Source: a virus
Taxonomy: Duplodnaviria > Caudoviricetes
Virus record (IMG/VR): IMGVR_UViG_3300036987_000495
Coordinates: 1-26,306 of that record
DNA length: 26,306 bases
Direction: 5' to 3' (one strand)
The position numbers were made by a program, and so were the translations under genes. Of the stretch, positions 1-9,259 are shown in pieces. Numbering within the stretch: the stretch's first letter is position 1; each line of letters begins with the position of its first letter. Under the pieces are notes generated by a model, which worked only from the letters and a program-made list of their open reading frames with translations, searched no databases and was not told where the DNA came from.

Positions 1-405
1 AATTGTTCCTGTACTATTACGTTTTGTATGAATGAATCTTAAATAATTAACAGGAATAACAGAACTTGTTTTTACCTTTAATGTTTTTGCTCCTGTACTT
101 GGATCGGTTGTTATCGTTGATGGAGCTAAATTTGCAAGATTTTCTAAATTCCATGTAATGATTCCTGTTTTGAATTTTACCTCTTCGTCAGTAATTATAT
201 TAAATAACTTACCTCTATTTGCACTTTTAATAGCTTTAACACTTGGCTTATAACTTACTTCTGCACCTGAATCAATTGCCCCAACGTTTACCAATGCAGC
301 AACAATTGATTCTTCAGTAGCAGTCTCAGGATTTGCCACCGCACCTAAATATAATTCCCCACTACCGACAACTAGCGGTTCAAAATCGACTAAATCTAAA
401 CTCAT
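1..405 (-). CDS. Major tail (tube) protein, 3'-truncated by window edge
   Basis: Not in the ORF track. ATG at 405 with RBS GAGGTG; open to position 1 (MSLDLVDFEPLVVGSGELYLG...VGAIDSGAEVSYKP...). The N-terminal G-x-G-x-L-Y pattern and the position after the tail-completion genes fit a tail tube. Confidence 0.75.
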   Translation of the reverse strand, partial: MSLDLVDFEPLVVGSGELYLGAVANPETATEESIVAALVNVGAIDSGAEVSYKPSVKAIKSANRGKLFNIITDEEVKFKTGIITWNLENLANLAPSTITTDPSTGAKTLKVKTSSVIPVNYLRFIHTKRNSTGTI

Positions 406-418
406 TTATAATCACCTC

Positions 419-799
419 TTAATTTGTTTTTATTTGGAAATATAAAACAATCTCAAAATTATTAGTGGCAGGATTTTTAAATTGCCCACCACCATTAAGT
501 AACTTTGTCATTCGAACAAAACTATCACTATCTTTAATGATTTTTTCCCCCCTGGGATCATCAAGTAAGGCTTTTAATCTACTTTGAATAGCAACTAATT
601 GGCTCAAATCTTTTCCAATTAATCTAAATTCAAACTGAAAATTACCTATGTAGCCACCCGATAAAGGTTTATAGAAATATACAATATATGGATCAACATT
701 CAATTCTTCGGGTTTTTCCACTAAAAAAATAGACTCCTGATCATTTAGGAGTGCTTTTAATTGTGTATCAGATATTAAAATTTTTCTTATTAGTTTCAA
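419..799 (-). CDS. Putative tail terminator / tail completion protein
   Basis: 126 aa, lies between the HK97-gp10-like gene and the tail tube; PYIVY motif typical of tail terminators. Mainly synteny. Confidence 0.6.
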   Translation of the reverse strand: MKLIRKILISDTQLKALLNDQESIFLVEKPEELNVDPYIVYFYKPLSGGYIGNFQFEFRLIGKDLSQLVAIQSRLKALLDDPRGEKIIKDSDSFVRMTKLLNGGGQFKNPATNNFEIVLYFQIKTN

Positions 800-1101
800 G
801 GAGTCATTACCTCCTTTATTTTTTGCTTAATTTTCTCCAAATTCATATCAACGGCAGGTTCAAGATAGGGTTTTTTTCTGGCAGCATATACAGCATACTC
901 TACATTAGTCCCTACTGAACCTTGAGTTTTCTTATCATCACTTTTAACTTTGTGGGTAATTGATCTCTTTAACGTTCCTGTTTTAACTGGACAAAGCAAT
1001 TTTCCATCTGCTTCTACCATCAAGCATATCTCTTCTGCTGCTCTTTCCCTGCGTTTTCTCATATCTTGTATTGCTTCTTCAACTGTCATTTTTTTACTCA
1101 T
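796..1101 (-). CDS. HK97 gp10-like head-tail joining / tail completion protein
   Basis: Motifs CPVKTGTLKRSI, VGTNVEYA and PYLEPA are characteristic of the HK97-gp10 family. Confidence 0.85.
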   Translation of the reverse strand: MSKKMTVEEAIQDMRKRRERAAEEICLMVEADGKLLCPVKTGTLKRSITHKVKSDDKKTQGSVGTNVEYAVYAARKKPYLEPAVDMNLEKIKQKIKEVMTP

Positions 1102-1399
1102 CGTTAATCATCCAATCTAAAAAGTCATCCCAACAGATGACCTTAACAATCTTATATTCATCACCTTGATATTCGACTTTTACACCATTTCTTATATCAG
1201 TGTGTATATCACTAAAAACTCTAAATTTAACATCTTCGTCAAATCCATAGTCTCTATATAATCTATCTCTGCTATATGGCTGAACATCACAAGAGATAGT
1301 TTTTAAAGTACTATCTTCTCCGGCATGATATATACCATCATCATCAATTGTTCCAGGAGTTGTTTGTAAGATTTCAATTTCTTTGTTATAGAACATCAA
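1094..1399 (-). CDS. Putative head closure (stopper) protein
   Basis: 101 aa, beta-rich (CDVQP...YG...YKIVKV), directly after the adaptor gene. Confidence 0.65.
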   Translation of the reverse strand: MMFYNKEIEILQTTPGTIDDDGIYHAGEDSTLKTISCDVQPYSRDRLYRDYGFDEDVKFRVFSDIHTDIRNGVKVEYQGDEYKIVKVICWDDFLDWMINDE

Positions 1400-1695
1400 C
1401 CTATCACCTTAACCTTTGGCAAAGGCAAACAAGATTTTATTGATTCTGGTATACCATCAACCAAAGTTTGACTTCTGCTCCCTTGAGTTTGTTGGATTAG
1501 TCCCTCATTATTTCTATTTTTATAAAAGAAAATAGCCAAATCAACAATAATATCATTAAGGGATTCTGGAATTTCATCTATATTGCAATATTGCTTAATG
1601 GCAATTTGGGACTTATTAAGGTAATGATTCAAAATATTATCTTTGAACTCATCATAAATTCCCAAAAGTTCTTTCATTAATTCAAGCATTCGCAT
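1396..1695 (-). CDS. Head-tail connector (adaptor) protein, SPP1 gp15 / HK97 gp6-like; true start may be MLELMK at 1689
   Basis: Pattern LMKELLGI...D.IL..YL....AIKQYCN...N.EG.....GSRS.T...IP, plus position after the capsid genes. Confidence 0.85.
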   Translation of the reverse strand: MRMLELMKELLGIYDEFKDNILNHYLNKSQIAIKQYCNIDEIPESLNDIIVDLAIFFYKNRNNEGLIQQTQGSRSQTLVDGIPESIKSCLPLPKVKVIG

Positions 1696-1913
1696 CCCTC
1701 TAATCGCTGGAGTTCCACTAATATCTCATCCTTTTTTTTGTTGGTAATGTCTATTCCTTTTTCCATTGCATACTTACGTAGTTCCTGCCAACCTAAAAGT
1801 AAGTATTCCGGTTTATCATTTTCCACTTTTTTATTACATTCGCTTTTATGAAGCCAAAATATTTTTTCACTGGTACAATAAAACCCACAATTACAATTAA
1901 AAATATTTTCCAT
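1677..1913 (-). CDS. Small capsid-adjacent protein: N-terminal Cys/His cluster plus C-terminal HeH/Rho-N-like helix pair
   Basis: CNCG...H..EC, then WQELRKYAMEKGIDITNKKKDEILVEL; RBS GAGGTG upstream. Confidence 0.55.
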   Translation of the reverse strand: MENIFNCNCGFYCTSEKIFWLHKSECNKKVENDKPEYLLLGWQELRKYAMEKGIDITNKKKDEILVELQRLEGCECLN

Positions 1914-1969
1914 ATAATCACCTCAAACTGAATAAAGGGAGGAATTAACCTCCCCAAACTATTTTCACT

Positions 1970-3076
1970 TTAACCAAGCATACGACAAGCAAGTTCTTGT
2001 TGAAGAGTTTTTACACCATATAAAACATCAAAACTTATAGTGTTGATCTTACTTGACATGGTATAACCCATCGTTACCCTAATAGACAAATTATTATAAT
2101 TAGCTACATATCCAGTAGCACCACCAAGAGGTAATGCTTGAGGACGATTTACTAATGCAAAAGCATTCTTGTGGAAACCAATAGAAGAAACGTGATTACC
2201 AACTATTGTAATAGTTTTAGCTGTTACATCAGCAGCAAGAGCAGGATATACATTAAAGGTTCCTGTCCCATCGGCAGCAGTTGTCTTGTCTTCAGTTACT
2301 ACATATGTTCCAGCAGTATCAGCAAATGAGACGATGTCACCTTTCTTAACAGTTTTTGCATTTCCACCAGAGGCTACAGTTACAAGAGTAGCATCTGTAG
2401 AAATACTAACTGTACCAGTAGCAGCAGCATCTAAACTACCCTTTGTATGAGTTTGGATATTTTGATCCATATAAGTATCAAAACTTAATATTCTTCCCAT
2501 ATTTGCTTCTCTGAGTGCCTGAGTGCTACCACTCTTATCGGCTCCAGCTATAGCATCAAGGATTACCAATTTTGCTTGTGCTTCAGGGTCGATTACAAGC
2601 CTTCTATTTGCAAAGGGTACTTTATTAGTATTAAGAACTTTACCTACATTTGCAATATTAGCAAGAGCAGCCGGAGTAGTTCCAGCAGTACCAGTATAAT
2701 AAGGAATATCTACATAAAGCTTTGCAAGGTCTTCATCTATCTTTTGTGCTAAAGCTTGCATTGCACCTTCTATAACCTGACTACCAAAATCCTGGATATT
2801 TAAAGACAATTGTTTCGAAGTAACCTCTACGGTAACGTCAGCAATTTTATCCAATTTAACAGGTACATTAGATTCGGCAATAACTTGTGCAGAAGTAGTA
2901 GTAGTAAATTCCTGTGCAGTAAACACAGCAGGTTTCCTTACATTTACAGTGTCACCTTTATTAGCAAATTCATCACTGAAATCGGTGTGAACAAGACTAC
3001 CTAATACAAGATTATTCTGAAGTCTCATAAGACTTTCTTTTGCTATTTCATTAACGGTTAAAAATGTATTACTCAT
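1970..3076 (-). CDS. Major capsid protein (HK97 fold, P22-coat-like family)
   Basis: 368 aa after the scaffold gene; MSNTFLT..IAKE.L..L.NNLV, KGDTVNVRKP and C-terminal FDVLYGVKTL fit the P22 coat-protein family. Confidence 0.88.
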   Translation of the reverse strand: MSNTFLTVNEIAKESLMRLQNNLVLGSLVHTDFSDEFANKGDTVNVRKPAVFTAQEFTTTTSAQVIAESNVPVKLDKIADVTVEVTSKQLSLNIQDFGSQVIEGAMQALAQKIDEDLAKLYVDIPYYTGTAGTTPAALANIANVGKVLNTNKVPFANRRLVIDPEAQAKLVILDAIAGADKSGSTQALREANMGRILSFDTYMDQNIQTHTKGSLDAAATGTVSISTDATLVTVASGGNAKTVKKGDIVSFADTAGTYVVTEDKTTAADGTGTFNVYPALAADVTAKTITIVGNHVSSIGFHKNAFALVNRPQALPLGGATGYVANYNNLSIRVTMGYTMSSKINTISFDVLYGVKTLQQELACRMLG

Positions 3077-3102
3077 AAAAATATCATCCTTTCAAATTTA
3101 AA

Positions 3103-3690
3103 TTATTTTTTGTCTCTATCATTAAAATATTTGGCATACTCTTCCATAGACATCTTGCTTATATCAACTGATTTATCTGAACTGTAATCAGAAGGAGGCT
3201 TATACCCGCCCCTTACCCTTTGTTCCACTGTTTCAGTGATATGTTTGTTAAAAATTTCTTCAAGCTTACTCAGATTTGTAGTAGTAGATTCCTCATCTTC
3301 ACCCAAAAAGAAAGAAACTAGCTCTTTAGGTAGTTTCTTTTCATCGGCTTTAATTAAGCCCTTATTCATTAAGATTTGTCTTTTTTCTTCTTCTTCTTTT
3401 TGATTTAACCTTTGCTCAAGTTCTCTAATTTTCTTCTGTTCCGGTGTTTCTGATGGGTTACGTTTGGCAACCTCTTCATTGATCAGTTTTTCAAGATTAT
3501 TACTTTTCCAAGTCTCTAACCCCTTGGTAAAGTGACTATCAATCTTAGGTTGAATAACTTTCTTTCCTTCTTCTGTATCAAGGAACTTATTTACTCTATC
3601 AGGTGTTATAGTCAAACCCCCAATATAATTTTGAACATCTTCACTTTGAGCATTTTGTTGAATCCATGCTTGTACTTCACTAAAATCCAT
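3103..3690 (-). CDS. Capsid scaffolding protein (DUF4355-like); start reassigned to MDFSEV at 3690
   Basis: RBS GGAGG at 3701-3705 fits the ATG at 3690. Sequence DSHFTKGLETWK.NNLEKLI..E...ETPEQK.IRELE, coiled coil, immediately before the capsid gene. Confidence 0.82.
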   Translation of the reverse strand: MDFSEVQAWIQQNAQSEDVQNYIGGLTITPDRVNKFLDTEEGKKVIQPKIDSHFTKGLETWKSNNLEKLINEEVAKRNPSETPEQKKIRELEQRLNQKEEEEKRQILMNKGLIKADEKKLPKELVSFFLGEDEESTTTNLSKLEEIFNKHITETVEQRVRGGYKPPSDYSSDKSVDISKMSMEEYAKYFNDRDKK

Positions 3691-3775
3691 TAAATTATTA
3701 CCTCCATTTTTGTCCTTTTGGTTCTCGCCCAAAAGTACTAAATATAAAAATAAGCTTGTTGAATTATCACTAAGC

Positions 3776-4015
3776 TTATCTCTTGCGCTTTTTGAAATTA
3801 TTGTTATTTTGTTTATAAATCTTTTGTTCAAACTCTTTACAATTTAAAATAATAGAATTTTTTGTTTTCTGGCATTGATACTTTTTACCACATTGATCAC
3901 AGATATGACCAAACTCTTTTTTCGATTTGTCTGAGATAAATTCGTTTACTGGCTTAATATCAAAGCTTGATGACTTCCTTTTTCTGTCTTTTGAAGTTTG
4001 TGTTTCTTCTAGCAT
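3776..4015 (-). CDS. Hypothetical basic protein with CxxC...C...C (possible Zn ribbon)
   Basis: ICDQCGKKYQC...LNCKEF; overlaps the stop of the upstream gene. Confidence 0.5.
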   Translation of the reverse strand: MLEETQTSKDRKRKSSSFDIKPVNEFISDKSKKEFGHICDQCGKKYQCQKTKNSIILNCKEFEQKIYKQNNNNFKKRKR

Positions 4016-4245
4016 TGATTTCGAATGTCTCTCACAATATTAAGACATTGTTTTCTGTTTAGATTATAGTTTTTAAGCCAATAATCATTTCTAAATTTAG
4101 TCAATGTTTCCATTGTTTTCTCATCTTTGACAAAGTAGAAAACACAACTATTATCTACATTTTTAGCTTCGATATACTCAATCCCTTCACTCAAAAAATA
4201 CGCTGCCAGATTAAGATTCTTAGTTACAAAAATATTATTTTCCAT
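4009..4245 (-). CDS. DUF5659-like small phage protein; start reassigned to MENNIF at 4245
   Basis: RBS AAGGAG at 4255-4260; pattern TKNLNLAAYFLSEG......VFYF.K. Confidence 0.65.
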   Translation of the reverse strand: MENNIFVTKNLNLAAYFLSEGIEYIEAKNVDNSCVFYFVKDEKTMETLTKFRNDYWLKNYNLNRKQCLNIVRDIRNQC

Positions 4246-4264
4246 TAAATTTTTCTCCTTTATT

Positions 4265-5152
4265 TTAAAATTTATTAATACCTTTTGATTTAGCCCAGGA
4301 ATTATAATCAGTATAATCAATTATCGATTTATCACCTTGATTTTCCCGTTTCTTAGTTGGAGTCCAGCCTTTGACAACAGGTATAAGACAACATCTACAA
4401 TTTGGATGATTTGGAGGTTTGGGATAATCTGAATCTATGTCAAAGATTTTACCATCCAATGAAGCACATTTTTCTGACGTCTTTTTATCCAAAGTTGCAT
4501 CCCACAGTACTTTCTGAACTACACCAGATTCCTTATAAATATTATCTTGTGCCTGGGAAACTACTTTTGCCATTTCAGTTCTTATTAATCTCTGAGATTC
4601 ATAAGCAGAACTACCAAAATTATTTTTAATATCTCTGGCTAATTTATCAATACTGTGACCTTGGATAATTCCTCTTTCAACTGATAATCTAACCCTATTG
4701 ACCAACAATTCCTTATTATTCCATATTCTATCACTAAACATTTTCCCCTCAATAGGAACATTAACGGCAGCTTCAACCATTTTGGGATTAAGCAAGGCAA
4801 AATTAAGAGTAGTTTCAATTCCCTTATCAATAGTAAAAGCAGTCGTATAATACGACTCCTTATAAATCTCAGATAAGATTTTAGTTGTATGTTCCAAATC
4901 AATATTGCCTAACTCTTTAGCCAGTTCTGCTAATTGTTTTTCCAATTGTTTTAGGTATGTATATCTTTGTTGCTTACTCATCTTAAGCTTTCCGTCAACT
5001 GCAAATTTAACATATAATTTAGCTATTTCTTCTCTGGTTTCGGTCAATGCTCGTTTATAAGCCTGAAGAATAGGTTTACTATCTTTATCTGCTTTTTTCT
5101 CCAACAATTTAATAAGATCTAATGTTTCATCCCGTAAATCAGCCATTTTCAT
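4265..5152 (-). CDS. Minor head protein (SPP1 gp7 / phage Mu gpF family)
   Basis: FSDRIW, RLIRTE, WDATLDKKTSEKCASLDG, PPNHPNCRC signatures. Confidence 0.92.
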   Translation of the reverse strand: MKMADLRDETLDLIKLLEKKADKDSKPILQAYKRALTETREEIAKLYVKFAVDGKLKMSKQQRYTYLKQLEKQLAELAKELGNIDLEHTTKILSEIYKESYYTTAFTIDKGIETTLNFALLNPKMVEAAVNVPIEGKMFSDRIWNNKELLVNRVRLSVERGIIQGHSIDKLARDIKNNFGSSAYESQRLIRTEMAKVVSQAQDNIYKESGVVQKVLWDATLDKKTSEKCASLDGKIFDIDSDYPKPPNHPNCRCCLIPVVKGWTPTKKRENQGDKSIIDYTDYNSWAKSKGINKF

Positions 5153-6416
5153 CTACCTTATCTAGGTCAATATTCATTTCCTCCTCTTTTTCTTTCTTAA
5201 TTTGTTGTTCTTCAAGAGTAACATTATCAATAAATGAAAATTGTGCTCTTGCAGTCTTCTTGCTAATAAGATCTTCCGGCACTTGACTTAGGATTTGGGC
5301 CATCATTAAATCATCTTGTGGTAATGATGGAGTAAATTTAGGTTCAATTAATTTATAGTCAAGCTGCCTATTCTGCAAAATATATAAATATTTGAACAAA
5401 AACCTAATCCTATCCTTAATCAAATTGTGCATTGAATTTGTATTAGATTTACATTTATTTTCCAAAGTTAATTGCCTTGTCCTCATTGCTAATGAAGAAT
5501 TATTGCTAGGAACCTGTTCGTTATTATTGATATGGCAGCTTAATTCGTACATATTTTGTTTTATTTCTTTAAGTGTATTCATGACAAAACTTTCATTAAT
5601 AGATTTCGTCAACCATTCTATAATAACCTTATCGCCCTTTCCCTTGAGAATACCCATTTTCTTCATATTAGGAAGATCTTCTTCATCAAACTCTGCATTC
5701 AATATTTTTAAATACGCTTGTCTGTATTGACTAATCTCATGGCTTAAATCACTCAAGTTAGTCTCATAAGCATCCTGAAGCGTGTAAATATCTTCAAATA
5801 AGGTATCCTTTTCATTATCGTCAACTAAACAAACACCTACCGGAATCTCACCAAAAACATGATTATCTTCACCAGTGAAAGCATTATTCTTATAGTGATA
5901 AATCGTATTATCACTGTAGATATCCATATATATTGATGATGTCTCATCTAATGGTTTCCTGAATATGTGAAGAAACAACTTTAATTCATCATCTTCTATG
6001 TACGGATAACCTTCTAATGGCGAAATTATTCGAGAAGAAAACTGTGCATATTTATCGATGTAATATAATTCAAAGCTTTTACCATAGAGTAAAGCCCTCC
6101 TAAACAACTTCTTGTCATGATCCTTCTTCCAGTGAGCAAGTTGGTATTTGACTACTTCTTCCAGGTTTTCATTAACATCTAAATTGATGTAAGTAATTGG
6201 AACAGAAAGGATATAATCTGCTTCCTCTTTAATAAACCGTTTTAGATAGTTATTTTTGATTTTACTTGTAGAAGTAGTATCAATACTGGATTTCTCTATT
6301 ACCACATCACTATTATTCTGATAATACCTTTGCATCATTTGATAATATGGCAATTGAACAAGATAATCTTCATAGCATCTATCTATAAACTTTTTTAATT
6401 CTAAATCAATAGACAT
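5139..6416 (-). CDS. Portal protein (SPP1 gp6-like)
   Basis: 425 aa after TerL; NYLKRFI.EEADY, YG.SFELYY, HVFGEIPV, LQDAYE...SD, SSLAMR, FT.SLPQD motifs. Confidence 0.92.
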   Translation of the reverse strand: MSIDLELKKFIDRCYEDYLVQLPYYQMMQRYYQNNSDVVIEKSSIDTTSTSKIKNNYLKRFIKEEADYILSVPITYINLDVNENLEEVVKYQLAHWKKDHDKKLFRRALLYGKSFELYYIDKYAQFSSRIISPLEGYPYIEDDELKLFLHIFRKPLDETSSIYMDIYSDNTIYHYKNNAFTGEDNHVFGEIPVGVCLVDDNEKDTLFEDIYTLQDAYETNLSDLSHEISQYRQAYLKILNAEFDEEDLPNMKKMGILKGKGDKVIIEWLTKSINESFVMNTLKEIKQNMYELSCHINNNEQVPSNNSSLAMRTRQLTLENKCKSNTNSMHNLIKDRIRFLFKYLYILQNRQLDYKLIEPKFTPSLPQDDLMMAQILSQVPEDLISKKTARAQFSFIDNVTLEEQQIKKEKEEEMNIDLDKVDENG

Positions 6417-6431
6417 TTTTTCACCTACCTT

Positions 6432-8147
6432 TTAAAATAATTTGCTTTTATCCAGGAATTCAAGCTTATGGATTGGTTCTTCTAAGGTATCTATTCTATT
6501 AACAAATTCACTTAAACAATCGGCAAAATCATCATGTGCCGTATATTCCTGTCCTGAAAAATCCATTAATTGATCTAATGCTTCCGGTTGAACTCTTTCA
6601 ACACAAAAAATGACTCTGCCATTATTGACAGAATCCACAATTGTACTAATTTTTTGATTTTTGTTTTGTCTCTGCATTTCGTTTATGATTTTAATATTCC
6701 TATGAGATAATTCAGGATCTTTTTTTATCTCTTGTTCAATTCTTCCGGCATCCATGCCGCTGAATGTGTTTTTTTCAATATAGATCGTATTACAACCTTC
6801 AAATTCCTTAAGTAAATCTAAGACATGGTTAATATACTTATCAAATTCCGTTCTGGCATCAAGTTTTAATAGTTCACCTTTACGGACATATTTAAAATCA
6901 TTTGCTATAGAGCCAACAATAAAAGCAAAATAATCACTTTTTTTAGTATCTGTGCTGGCACAATCCACACAGAGCATTGTTTTCTTAAAATAATTAGATT
7001 CTACTTCTTCTTTAGATTGAATACGGTTTGATTTAAACCATTTATCACCGATCTTTGAAGCATCGTTTTGTAATTCCTGTTTGAAGGAAATACTGTCCTC
7101 ATAATAATCAATTGCTAAAGATAAACAGTCCCACTTATCAGGCCAAAGAACAGGATACTGCAAGTTATTTTGATTCTGATAATAGTATTCTTTTGCAAAT
7201 GCAACAGGATCACTTAACTTATTATCAAAATATATCCTTTTGAACTCTGACCAATAAGGATCATCATTATATAATTTATCCACATCATCCACTAGAACAG
7301 CTTTTTTGAGTATATGTTTATAGTCTTTGTTTTTCAGTAAACGAGACATTAAACAATCTCTATGTAAAATAGTTCCTAAAACAATAAATTTAGTTGCCAT
7401 TTTAATTTTCTTACCACTACGATAAACAGCTTCATCTCCGGCAAATTTAGCATCATCCATCCATGTTCTATATTTCTTTTCTCTTGCTTCTTGAGTAATT
7501 ACATCTGCTTTAGATTGATAATCATCGGCAATTATACAAAATGGTCTGTGATTTCCATATTTCTTTCCCCTCATACTACTTGCCGAACTTATCGCCTGAA
7601 TTTTTGTATGATTAGATAATTCTAACTCCAATTTATTTACCGTAAATCTTTTAGTATCTATTAATTGACCAAATGCTTTGATAATATATTGATTTTCTTC
7701 AAATGCTTGCCTTGTAATAGCTATAAAATCAATTGCATCTTGCTCAGTTTTTCCTGCTACTAAAGTGTAAGGAGATATACCATAAGCATGAAGCCATACA
7801 GATATTGCAAAATCAAATATTGTGGTTTTTGCCGTTCCTCTTGGAAGAATAGCACATAGCTTATCGTATTTGTCATGGATAAATAAATCTTCAGCTTCTT
7901 GCCACATTTCCATATGTATTGAAGCTAATTCTCTGTTTTGATTATCTGGTTTTATTCGGAAAGTATTTTGTAAGAAATATAAACAAAAGAATGAGATAGA
8001 TTTTCTTCCTAAACTCCAGGCTAAACCATGATCTCCCCATAGATTCTTTTTGTTATTTATCATTAGTTCCTGAGCTTTTTCTAAACCATAGAAATCAGTT
8101 AAATATTTTAAAAGAAGCAATCTATCTTCTTTATCGTTATCGTATAT
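6432..8147 (-). CDS. terL: Terminase large subunit; probable non-canonical ATA start at 8147 (ORF track starts at TTG 8120)
   Basis: Walker A LPRGTAKTT, Walker B IIADD, RNase H-like nuclease VDCAS...SDY...EKN...HDDFAD. Strong RBS AAGGAGGTG lies 7 nt before an in-frame ATA. Confidence 0.92.
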   Translation of the reverse strand: MYDNDKEDRLLLLKYLTDFYGLEKAQELMINNKKNLWGDHGLAWSLGRKSISFFCLYFLQNTFRIKPDNQNRELASIHMEMWQEAEDLFIHDKYDKLCAILPRGTAKTTIFDFAISVWLHAYGISPYTLVAGKTEQDAIDFIAITRQAFEENQYIIKAFGQLIDTKRFTVNKLELELSNHTKIQAISSASSMRGKKYGNHRPFCIIADDYQSKADVITQEAREKKYRTWMDDAKFAGDEAVYRSGKKIKMATKFIVLGTILHRDCLMSRLLKNKDYKHILKKAVLVDDVDKLYNDDPYWSEFKRIYFDNKLSDPVAFAKEYYYQNQNNLQYPVLWPDKWDCLSLAIDYYEDSISFKQELQNDASKIGDKWFKSNRIQSKEEVESNYFKKTMLCVDCASTDTKKSDYFAFIVGSIANDFKYVRKGELLKLDARTEFDKYINHVLDLLKEFEGCNTIYIEKNTFSGMDAGRIEQEIKKDPELSHRNIKIINEMQRQNKNQKISTIVDSVNNGRVIFCVERVQPEALDQLMDFSGQEYTAHDDFADCLSEFVNRIDTLEEPIHKLEFLDKSKLF

Positions 8148-8275
8148 GTTTTATCACCTCCTTGAGCTTGAAAATTTTATAAAAAATCTGTTTAGCTTAC
8201 CCCCTCGCCATTCCATTTCTTGGGAATTAGAAACCCTACCCCCTAAATAATTCCATTTATTTTTTCGTCCAATGT

Positions 8276-8303
8276 ACTGTATATAACTTGACTTATACGC
8301 AAT
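8276..8303. other. dif-like 11-6-11 tyrosine-recombinase core site, with a third arm copy at 8373-8383
   Basis: ACTGTATATAA-CTTGAC-TTATACGCAAT (arms are 8/11 inverted). ATTGCGTATAA at 8373-8383 is the exact reverse complement of the right arm. Directly upstream of the recombinase gene. Confidence 0.7.
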
Positions 8304-8316
8304 ATAAATATAGAAT
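8288..8316 (+). promoter_or_regulatory. sigma-A promoter of the recombinase, overlapping the core site
   Basis: TTGACT (8288-8293) - 17 bp - TAGAAT (8311-8316). Confidence 0.6.
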
Positions 8317-8405
8317 TGACCTATAAATCAATCCTTTTCTGCCCATAAATACCCCATTATTAGCTACTCTTGATTGCGTATAACTAATTGAAAGGATGAA
8401 TCTAA

Positions 8406-9257
8406 ATGAACCAATTATTAAAAGACTTCCTCAACTCATCTAAAGTTTTAAAGAAGTCCTTGAATACTCGCAAAGCATATGAAAGAGATCTAACTCAATT
8501 CGAACAATATCTTAATCAATATGATGTTTCTCTTTCCAATCTGAATGATATGGTAGTACAAACATACCTTAATCAAATGATAACCAAGGAAGGTAAACCT
8601 TCTTCCCCTGCTACTAAGAACAGAACATTTGCTAGTATTGCTACCTTCTGCCATTGGTCTAATCAATCTGAAGCTATACAGGATATTGATATTCCTAAAG
8701 TTCCTCATATATCTAAACAACCAAGCAAAGGTTTAACCAAAGATGAAGTTACTAACCTTCGTCTTAAAGTTGCTAATGACCATAATCCAAATAGAATAAG
8801 GAATCTAGCCATAGTTGATCTTCTTATTTATTCAGGCTTTCGGGTATCTGAATTAGCCTCATTAAACAGGAATGATATTAAATATCACAAAGGAACTTAT
8901 ACTATCACCGTTAATAAAACTAAAAACAACGAAATTAAAAAAGCTTATCTTAATTCAAAACAATTTAAATACATTAAGAAATATATTGAAAGTCGTTCTG
9001 ATAATGATGAAGCTTTATTTATTTCCGGCAGAATGGGAAGAATATCTATTCGAATGGTTCAAACCATTATTAATAAATATGGTTTAAATGTTCACATGCT
9101 CCGGCATACGTTTTGTTCTATTCTAGCTAGGAATAAAGTAGATATCTTTACTATTGCATCTTTAAGCGGTCACAGAGATATCAATGTTTTACGTCGCTAC
9201 TGTAATCCAACTCAAGAAGAAATGGCAGAAATGGTTTCTAAGGCATTTAATTTCTAA
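8406..9257 (+). CDS. Tyrosine recombinase (Xer/TnpI-like resolvase type, no arm-binding domain)
   Basis: 283 aa; SAM-like N-domain (SLNTRKAYERDL); catalytic R (SGFRVSEL), K (TKNN), HxxR (HMLRH), H (SGH), Y (RRYC). Confidence 0.93.
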   Translation: MNQLLKDFLNSSKVLKKSLNTRKAYERDLTQFEQYLNQYDVSLSNLNDMVVQTYLNQMITKEGKPSSPATKNRTFASIATFCHWSNQSEAIQDIDIPKVPHISKQPSKGLTKDEVTNLRLKVANDHNPNRIRNLAIVDLLIYSGFRVSELASLNRNDIKYHKGTYTITVNKTKNNEIKKAYLNSKQFKYIKKYIESRSDNDEALFISGRMGRISIRMVQTIINKYGLNVHMLRHTFCSILARNKVDIFTIASLSGHRDINVLRRYCNPTQEEMAEMVSKAFNF

Positions 9258-9259
9258 CC

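Noticed and set aside
3691-3831. Long N-terminal extension of the scaffold ORF (and likewise 4246-4320 for the DUF5659-like ORF)
   Set aside because: The extensions overlap upstream genes, and strong RBSs point to internal ATGs at 3690 and 4245.
8406-9257. The prophage integrase marking a boundary
   Set aside because: Phage packaging genes lie on both sides, and the protein is too short to have an arm-binding domain.
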